Below are positions 55,059 through 64,000 of a stretch of DNA of 64,000 bases, one piece after another; the stretch's first letter is position 1, and each line of letters starts with the position of its first letter. Made by a program: the position numbers and the translations under genes. The notes under the pieces are model-generated. The model was not told the DNA's origin, did not search any database, and was given only the letters and a program-made list of their open reading frames with translations. This DNA is from Octopus sinensis (lineage: Eukaryota): assembly GCF_006345805.1 (NCBI RefSeq), contig NC_043000.1, positions 117,800,001 through 117,864,000 of the forward strand, given 5' to 3'.

Positions 55059-55370
55059 CATGAGGCAAAAGGGGAAAACCTGTTATCTTTATCTCTCAAT
55101 TGTTTCAGTCATTGGACTGCAGCCGTGCTGAGGCAGATTCCACTCCACTCCACGCCACTACATATCTTTTAAACATCATATGTATTCTATCGGTTCTTTT
55201 ACCGACACGATTAATTACAAGGACGCAAACAAACCATCACCGGTTATCAATCAGATCAGTGTGCGTGGTGGACAAATGCAAAAGACACACACACAAACAC
55301 ACATAAACACACATGTATAAGCACATACATACGAAAATAGAGTGAGAAAGAAAAACAGATGCCTGAGCGG

Positions 55371-55415
<45 letters not shown>

Positions 55416-55708
55416 TGTAGGTAAAGGGAGAAAGAATCCCAAATTGTTTGCTGGTTTTGAAAAAAGTTTCGCAGAGTCAACATGTTCGAAACAAACGTTT
55501 AACACCTTCCAAAAGACCAATAGCGAAAATTGGACGACAGCCTCAGGCGAAGAATAAGAAAAAGAGTTGGGCGTGGGGGGTGACGGGGGGTGGGCTCACA
55601 AAATGGCCTCCTTCAAAGATAATGAATATAGTTAGCAGCTGTAGTTCTAGCAATTTGACCAAACGCTTTAGTATCTAGGTACATTTGAGTTGTATTGTTT
55701 TTACATTG

Positions 55709-56118
55709 TCTATAATATAAATTGGACATGAGCGATCATTGTATTCTTTCTTGTCTCGAGGTTCACAGCCAAACGGCTGGGTGGATTCGCATGAAAAATG
55801 GCACACATGTGGGGACAGGTATATAGATCGGAATGCAGTTTGTATTTTTTTCCTAACCCCTACATTTACCGAGAAAATCGATTAAAACATTTTCTAATGG
55901 AATTTCCCTCTTTCTTCTGCCATTAAAACAACCAGTGGCTTAGAAGCTGTTTTCTGGCGGGGTGAGGTCAGGAAATTTTCACATAGCTGGAGGCTCCAAT
56001 CGAAACAGGGGACCCGAAATGATAAGATTGACAAACGCTGTTATAGATTATGCCTAACCGAAAATGAACAAAGCTGCATCATCCAAACAGACCGGGTGAA
56101 ACCGGGCTTAGCTGCTAG
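55709..56118 (+). mobile_element. Non-autonomous Helitron family H2
   Basis: 5' end TCTATAATATAAA (preceded by G rather than the usual A). The 3' hairpin CCGG-GTGAAA-CCGG is followed by GCTTAGCTGCTAG|T. Confidence 0.65.
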
Positions 56119-56337
56119 TACATATATACGTTTAAGTGTGTATACGGATATATATGTACACACACACACACACACACACAAAAAGACATACTAAGTATGT
56201 CTACCTGCTGGAAATAATAGTCAAAACTCATTTTTTATTGTTACACTAGATGCTAGCAGTCAATAATGTCTTGGCAAATATCTTCTCTGAATTATTTGCT
56301 CCGGATTGAAAAAAAGAAAGAAATATGTATATATAAT

Positions 56338-56407
<70 letters not shown>

Positions 56408-57253
56408 TGGTATACATACATACATACCTACATACATACATACATACATACATACATACATACATACATACATACATACATACACATACATACATACATA
56501 TATATACACCAATGTGTGAATATATATATTTATGCATATATTTATATGTATATACACATGCATTTGTACATATACATAATTGTGTATGAACATACATGTT
56601 CATACTCAAATGTCTACGAACAAACACACGCACAGACGCACTCTCACCGATAACATATATACATGTATGTTTACACAGACTCTCGTACATCCGTATAATC
56701 ACGCGTGTTCACACCACACACACGCAGTCATGTTTTTAAAAGATATAAGGATAACTTTATGTACGTTTATACGTGCGTGTGTTGCGTGTATTTATGTGCG
56801 CATGCGTATATCAGTGTACGTATACAACCGATGTTTGATCGTGTGACAAATTTGTGGTTGTAAATGGCTAATGTTAAACACACTGGTAGCACCAATTAAA
56901 ACAGTTTCCTAATCTTAGTTCTACGTGCTTACGTTCATTATATCCTCCTTCTAATCATCTCACTGTTTCACGTTTTCAGAACTTCTGGGTAATTTCAACG
57001 CTTTCAGCAACAGACCCTATTTATCAAACGTATCTTTATTATCTTAGGGTTTTAAAGTTCACTTTTGTTACTTTTGTATATCTTTTGATATTGTTTTTCT
57101 ATTTCTTCTTTTTACCTTTGCGTTGTAAAACAAAAAACAAACAGAAAAAGTGTCTTTATGGCGATTTAATTAAATTTTGGGTTCAAATCTTGTTGAGATT
57201 TACTTTGCTATTTATTCTTCCTGTATATAAAACAAAGGACTAGTCAATAATCG

Positions 57254-57625
57254 TGGCACTCCGTCGGATCAACTGGAACCCTCGTCGTCGTAACCGATCA
57301 ACGGAACAGCCTGTTCGTGAAATTAACGTGCAAGTGACTGAGAACTCCACAGACATGTGCACCCTTAACGTCGTTCTCGGGGAGATTCAGCGTGACGCTG
57401 AGTGTTACACGGCTGGCCCTTTGAAGCACAGGTACAACAGAAACAGGAAAAAAGAGTGAGAGAAAGTTGGGGTGAAAGAAAGAGTACAGCAGGGTTCGCC
57501 ACTACCCACTGCCGGAGTCTCGTGGTGTTTTCGCTGAATAAACACTCACAACGCCCGCTCTGGGAATCGAAACCGCTGTTCAACGATCGCAAATCCGCTG
57601 CCCAAACCACTGGGTCATTTCGCCC
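57254..57625 (-). mobile_element. SINE family C (tail type 1)
   Basis: Reverse complement of the family C consensus. Confidence 0.75.
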
Positions 57626-57772
57626 CTACACTAGTCAATAGTACATCTTAGATGAAACTGAAATAATATAAGAAGCAGAAGAAACACATATATATACACA
57701 CGAACACATACACACTCGATCACCCAAACAAACGATGTTTGTTATTGCATGCGTATTTGTATGCATGCACGG

Positions 57773-57804
<32 letters not shown>

Positions 57805-58004
57805 ACACACATATATGTATGCATGTATATGTTTATAATAAGGAGGCTCAATGGCCCAATGGGTTCAGTCTGCGGTGGGAGGCGGTCGATAAAATAAGGA
57901 CCAGCCAAGTACTGGGGTCGATCTAATCAATTACATCCTGCCCCCAAAATTTCAGACCATTTACCATCATTTAACAGAATCTTTAAATATACTATAACAT
58001 GATG

Positions 58005-58395
58005 GGCGCAGGAGTGGCTGTGTGGTAAGTAGCTTGCTTCTCAACTACATGGTTCCAGGTTCAGTCCCACTGCGTGGCACCTTAGGTAAGAATCTTCTGC
58101 TATAGCCTCGGGCCGACCTAAGCTTTGTGAGTGGATTTAGCAGACGGAAGCTGAAAGAAGCCCGTCGTATATATATTTATATATTTATGTGTGTCTGTTT
58201 TTGTCCACCCCACCCCATGCCATCGTTTGACAACCGATGCTGGTGTGTTTATATCCCCGCAACTTAGCGGTTTGGCAAAAAACCTAATAAGTACTAGGAT
58301 TACAAAGAATAAGTCATGGAGTCGATTTCTTCGACTAAAACGCTTTAAGGCGGTGTTCCAGCATGGCCGCACACAAATGACTGAAACAAGTAAAT
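58005..58395 (+). mobile_element. SINE family B, full length
   Basis: GGCGCAGGAGTGGCTGTGTGG head through the GACTGAAACAAGTAAA tail. Confidence 0.85.
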
Positions 58396-59030
58396 GAATA
58401 TATATATATATATATATAATTTCAACAATTGAGGGTAAAATTAATTAATTAATCAATTTCACCAAGTATTCAGTATGCAAAGGGACCATTTAAGGCGAAT
58501 TCAAATTATTACATTATATAAAAGGGCTTAGTAAAATAAATTACTTTGCCGCATACTGAACTCATTAGAAATAGCAGCTAAAAAAAACTTTTTTAAAACT
58601 ATTTCTAATACTTTAAGTATTAGAAATAGTTTTAAAAAAGTTTTTTTTTAGCTGCTATTTCTAATGAGTTCAGTATGCGGCAAAGTAATTTATTTTACTA
58701 AGCCCTTTTATATAATGTAATAATTTGAATTCGCCTTAAATGGTCCCTTTGCATACTGAATACTTGGTGAAATTGATTAATTAATAATTTTACCCTCAAT
58801 TGTTGAAATTATAATTCATCTCTCTCTATTTGATGCCTCGGATTTTGCCGAAAAAAGCATGGTGTTTGCTGATTTTGGCCCACGCTGGTGGAGAGGGGAG
58901 AGCGGAGGTTCTTCGCTTGCATATTTGAGTTTGCTGGCACTGTTAGTTTCGAGCAGATCTTCAGAAGCGATGGGAAGCCGAAAGGGTATGCTCCCACTTT
59001 CAGTGTTTTCAAATCCAAACCAAGGAGTTC

Positions 59031-59083
59031 TGAGCTGATGATAGAAGTGTCGAGTTTGACTAATCTTGAAACGTGCGTTCTCA
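59031..59083 (+). ncRNA. Type-I hammerhead ribozyme motif, unit 1
   Basis: TGAG-CTGATGA-TAGA-(AGTGTCGAGTTTGACTAA)-TCTT-GAAA-CGTGCG-TT-CTCA. Confidence 0.7.
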
Positions 59084-59591
59084 AATAACCTTTGCATTTG
59101 ATTTTTTTAGTGTCTTTACCCCCATGCTTTCGTGGGTTGAGTTGAGCAAACACTATATGGGAGAGGTTTTCTTTAAGTATTAGAAATAGTTTTAAAAAAG
59201 TTTTTTTTTAGCTGCTATTTCTAATGAGTTCAGTATGCGGCAAAGTAATTTATTTTACTAAGCCCTTTTATATAATGTAATAATTTGAATTCGCCTTAAA
59301 TGGTCCCTTTGCATACTGAATACTTGGTGAAATTGATTAATTAATTAATTTTACCCTCAATTGTTGAAATTATAATTCATCTCTCTCTATTTGATGCCTC
59401 GGATTTTGCCGAAAAAAGCATGGTGTTTGCTGATTTTGGCCCACGCTGGTGGAGAGGGGAGAGCGGAGGTTCTTCGCTTGCATATTTGAGTTTGCTGGCA
59501 CTGTTAGTTTCGAGCAGATCTTCAGAAGCGATGGGAAGCCGAAAGGGTATGCTCCCACTTTCAGTGTTTTCAAATCCAAACCAAGGAGTTC

Positions 59592-59644
59592 TGAGCTGAT
59601 GATAGAAGTGTCGAGTTTGACTAATCTTGAAACGTGCGTTCTCA
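59592..59644 (+). ncRNA. Type-I hammerhead ribozyme motif, unit 2
   Basis: Identical motif 561 bp downstream. Confidence 0.7.
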
Positions 59645-59848
59645 ATAACCTTTGCATTTGATTTTTTTAGTGTCTTTACCCCCATGCTTTCGTGGGTTGA
59701 GTTGAGCAAACACTATATGGGAGAGGTTTTCTTTAAGTATTAGAAATAGTTTTAAAAAAGTTTTTTTTTAGCTGCTATTTCTAATGAGTTCAGTATGCGG
59801 CAAAGTAATTTATTTTACTAAGCCCTTTTATATAATGTAATAATTTGA

Positions 59849-59894
<46 letters not shown>

Positions 59895-59897
<3 letters not shown>

Positions 59898-59986
59898 TGT
59901 TGTATTTCGGAATGGTCATTTTGCCAGTTTAGCCAATAAAAACACACGCACTAAACTGGCAAAAGACCATCCGAAATACAACAATA
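59895..59986. repeat. Hairpin with ~36-bp arms beside (TA)n
   Basis: TATTGTTGTATTTCGG(A)ATGGTC(A)TTTTGCCAGTTTAG pairs with CTAAACTGGCAAAAGACCATCCGAAATACAACAATA. Confidence 0.8.
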
Positions 59987-60014
59987 TCTGTTTCAACACA
60001 TGATTTCACATAAA

Positions 60015-60068
<54 letters not shown>

Positions 60069-60621
60069 TGATTGATAGATATCCTAGCTAAGTATCCAGT
60101 ACTTGCCGGGTAATGTTGGCAGATTTCCGCAATAAGCACACCCAATGAAATTGGATTTTCTCCAACTTGGCAGTATTTGCCGTCTGCACTCTGAGATCAC
60201 ATCACAACGGGGTCCACTTTGTTTTTCATTCTTTTTGGATCCATGGAAAAAATACCCATCTCGGGCAGCGGGTTCGCGAAGGAGCAAGAACATCTCACCG
60301 TATGTTATACCGTATTGTTCCGGCTCTTTATATTCGAAGTTCAAATCTCACCATAGTATATTTGTTTCTTAGACTTCATTGCGCTTCCTGTTTACACCAC
60401 CTGGCAACAAGGTCGTCTTGAGCGAAGCCCATTCTGTAGCAACCACTCAGCACAGCTCTACACTAGTGAATACTTCCTTCACTCTCTTCCACTAGTTTTG
60501 GAGACCTCGTAAAGGGAGGATAGATAAAAAGAAACGTCGCCCTTTTCAAGCCTAGCCAGGCTCATGGGCCCGGTTTCCCGGTTTCTGTGGCGTATGTGGG
60601 CCTTGTACCTAGAGTAGAAAA

Positions 60622-60660
<39 letters not shown>

Positions 60661-60924
60661 AGTGTGTGTGTGTATAAAGATATATACTTATATATATATC
60701 AACATACATATACGACGGGCCTTCATACAATTTCCGTCTACCAAATCCATCCATAAGGTTTTGTTTGGTTCGGAGCTATAACAGAAGACACTTGCCCTAT
60801 ATGACAATCAAAGGAACTGAACCAGAAACTACGTGGTTACAAAGTGAGCTTCTTAACCACCACAGGCATACTAACGCCTAATGGAGAGAGAAAAAAGCAC
60901 ATTACGTTTTTGAGTATTATGGTT

Positions 60925-61320
60925 CCTTTTCTACTCTAGGCACAAGGCCCGAAATTTTGGGGGAGGAGGCCAGTCGATTAGATCGACCTCGGTACGCAAC
61001 TGGTACTTAATTTATCGACTCCGAGAGGATGAAAGGCAAAGTCGACCTCGACGGAATTTGAACTCAGAACGTAAGGACTGACGAAATACCTATTTCTTTA
61101 CTACCCACAAGGGGATAAACACAGAAGACAAATAAGGACAGACAAACGGATTAAGTCGATTATATCGACCCCAGTTGTTACTGGTACTTAATTTATCGAC
61201 CCCGAAAGGATGAAAGGCAAAGTCAACCTCGGCAGAATTTGAACTCAGAACGTAACGGCAGACAAAATGCCACTAAGCATTTTGCCCGGTGTGCTAACGA
61301 TTCTGCCAGCTCGCCGCCTT
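60925..61320 (-). mobile_element. SINE family A dimer with TSD-like flanks
   Basis: TTTGAGTATTATGGTTCC and TTTGAGTGTTATGATTCC lie on the flanks. Confidence 0.85.
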
Positions 61321-62106
61321 TGAGTGTTATGATTCCAAGTAAACAGCTGAGTAGGAGTCGCCAAATCTCATTTTGATGAATTATGGCTCTTTTATGATTC
61401 ATGTGCGAACGGTGGAACCAACTTGAACACCTTTTTCAAATCATGTGGATATAAATTTTTAAAAAATAAGCTTTATATAATTAATTACTGGGCACGAAGT
61501 AAGACTCCCATTGGATTAAAATTTAAACTCAATGTTCATGGTTAGTAAACATATTTTAGAATTTAAGTCCTAATTTTAATACTAGTGAAGGTTGTTCTTC
61601 AGTGCAAAGAAATTAAAGAAATTTCAGGTTAGGGAGGAATGTCAGAGGACTGATATCATGGGTAACGAGGGTTAAAGACTTAGGTGCACTGAGGGAGTAG
61701 GAGTGGTCCCAAGTAGCTTCATTAGGCTAGGCCTAACTTAAGTCACGATATATCCTATGAACATAGCGTAATACAAGACTTTGGAGGAAAAAATATTTTA
61801 TAATTCGGTAAGTTTTGTTGTTTTAAAACTGCTACCAGGTTTAAATTATATCTCAAACATAACATTTGAATTTTAATTCCTCTGATTTTATATTTTTAAA
61901 AATCCCACTTCATTTCGGTAGACTTCGTTGCGTCGGAACTGTTTGAGGGGCTTAACTGAAAATTTATGGTTCCCACTAATTATTATGCACTTCGTGAAAC
62001 AGTGACGGTTTTAAAGAGGGTTTCGTCTTTCACCAGAACAATTCCGAGATTTACACTTTTACGTCAGCTTGTCAATTATGATACATATTGAATAAGTTTA
62101 TAATTA

Positions 62107-62740
62107 AGGCGGCGAGTTGGCAAAAGGCGGCGAGCTGGCAGAAACGTTAGCACGCCGGGTGAAATGCGTAGCCGTAATTCGTCTGCCGCTACATTCTGTG
62201 TTCAAATTCCGCCGAGGTCGACTTTGCCTTTCATCCTTTCGGGGTCGATTAAATAAGTACCAGTTACGCACTGGGGTCGATATAATCGACTTAATTAAAT
62301 AATTACCACTGGGGTCGATATAATCGACTTAATCCGTTTGTCTGTCCTTGTTTGTCCTCGCTGTGAGACAAACAAACGGATTAAGTCGATTATATCGACC
62401 CCAGTGCGTAACTGGTACTTATTTACTCGACCCCGAAAGGATGAAAGGCAAAGTCGACCTCAGCGGAATTTGAACTCAGAACGTAAAGACAGACGAAATA
62501 CCCATTTCTTTACTACCTACAAGGGGCTAAACACAGAGGACAAACAAGGACAGACAAACCAATTAAGTCGATTACATCGACATCAGTGCATAACTGGTAC
62601 TTAATTTATCAACCCCGATAGGATGAAAGACATAGTCAACCTCGGCGGAATTTGAACTCAGAACGTAGCGGCATATGAAATACTGCTAAGTAAGCATTTC
62701 GCCCGGCGTGCTAACGTTTCTGCCAGCTCGCCACCTTTGA
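62107..62740. mobile_element. Tail-to-tail inverted pair of SINE family A
   Basis: The + copy at 62126-62360 directly abuts a minus-strand dimer at 62365-62735. Confidence 0.85.
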
Positions 62741-63206
62741 ATGAGATGAGTTAATAACGGAACGTTTGCATGGTTACCCGACCTGCGAGAGATTGCAATG
62801 AAATCTTCCTGAAATCTGACCTTACCATATCAGACTCCCTACGACAAAGTAGCAGAGAAGCCGTTCGATAATCTGATACTGTATCTATTAAGGAACTTGT
62901 ATTCTAGTTGGAGAGTTTGCGAACCAGCAGAAATAGATACGTTGTCTTGCCCCCTGGCCAACGTGAATTAGGCCACGTTTAACATGATTGAACAAGTCCA
63001 TGTTTAACGTGATTCGACTAGTCCACCTGCAGTCAGTAGACTGTTATCAGAGGAATTATTAAAGTGAACGTATAAAATGATATTTTTTTCCGCTGATACT
63101 TGCCATGTTTCATCAATGTGCTTATTTTTACAAGTATTCTCCCAGTGACCGAGTCATGTCCTTACTAACGTCTCGTGGAATTATTCTCCCAGTACCAACT
63201 AAATTG

Positions 63207-63497
63207 AAGGCGCAATGGCCCAGTGGTTAGGGCAGCGGACTCGCGATCGGAGGATCGCGGTTTCGATTCCCAGACTGGGCGTTGTGTGTGTTTATTGAGC
63301 GAAAACACCTAAAGCACCACGAGACTCCGACAGGGGGTGGTGGCGACCTCTGTTGTACTCTTTCGCCACAACTTTCTATCACTCTTTCTTCCTGTTTCTT
63401 GAGTAACGCTGCGATGGACTGGCGTCCCGTTCAGCTAGGGGGAACACATATCCACAGAAACCGGGCCCATGAGCCTGGCTAGGCTTGAAAAGGGCGC
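63207..63497 (+). mobile_element. SINE family C (tail type 2, V-domain-like)
   Basis: Head GGCGCAATGGCCCAGTGGTTAGGGCAGCGG...GTTTCGATTCC, internal CTGCGATGGACTGGCGTCCCG, and tail GCTAGGCTTGAAAAGGGCG. Confidence 0.8.
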
Positions 63498-64000
63498 ATA
63501 AATAAAAAAAATAAAAGTGAATAAACCAACTAAAGCCAAATATCGAGTGGAATTATCTATTTCTCTAGTTATTTTGTGAAAGTTTTCTCCCTTGCCTCTT
63601 TCGACAGGAATTTTCATTAATGCTAATAGTTTTCTATCTCATGACGGTTATAAAATCAATTGATTGAAAAGTATTGTCGGCTCACCACACTAAATATGGC
63701 AGTCTGCTCTCATCTATTTTTCATGCGAAAGGTATATCTGGCAAATTTAGCGACATTACTATTTTGATTTTACCTGAAGAATTTCTAATTGCAAATTTCT
63801 TACATGTTTATTCAATACCTGCAACTTTGTCTTTTCTATTAGCAAATGAAATATATGTAACGGCGGTGCCCCAGCATGGCCACAGCTCATGAGCTGAAAC
63901 TAAAATCAATCAATCAATCAATGGCGAATAAATAACACTGAAAGTTTGTTCCAACTTCATGTTTTGATATATATGTGTGCGTGTTTGTGTGTGTGTATAC

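Larger units (their letters stand above)
58415..59850 (+). mobile_element. Penelope-like/retrozyme-like element: ~200-bp inverted copy plus 2.2 tandem copies of a 560-bp unit, inserted in (TA)n
   Basis: Unit starts CTTTAAGTATTAG at 58611, 59171 and 59731. 58415-58612 is the reverse complement of 58614-58813. Each full unit contains a hammerhead. Confidence 0.75.

Noticed and set aside
58809-59153. 114-aa minus-strand ORF in the 560-bp unit, and a minus-strand CTGAAGA..GAAA motif
   Set aside because: The ORF is frameshifted between the two copies and has no recognisable domain. The motif lacks stem II and has G at the cleavage position.
63207-63280. tRNA-like sequence (also heads at 11788, 12625, 29713, 41340)
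   Set aside because: A/B boxes are present but there is no proper acceptor stem, and each runs into a SINE body. These are SINE heads, not tRNA genes.

Overview
AT-rich eukaryotic (metazoan) DNA dominated by repeats. The SINE families and very dense microsatellites look like an octopus/coleoid cephalopod genome; this is my inference, not a database result. I found no intact host protein-coding gene, rRNA, true tRNA gene or CRISPR array. Almost all ORFs in the track are translations of microsatellites or SINEs. The window holds four tRNA-headed SINE families (called A-D here, with swapped modules) and fossil DNA transposons: three Tc1/mariner pieces, a Chapaev3-like CMC transposase and a piggyBac fragment. 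It also holds at least four non-autonomous Helitrons, a Helentron/HINE-like element, a 23 x 116-bp satellite, a 17-bp minisatellite and a ~595-bp tandem duplication. Most notable are several short (TA)n-associated elements carrying minimal type-I hammerhead ribozyme motifs (Penelope-like/retrozyme-like). One is a 560-bp tandem unit with a hammerhead in each full copy, fused to a ~400-bp palindrome (58415-59850). Boundaries were read by eye and are approximate unless termini are quoted.
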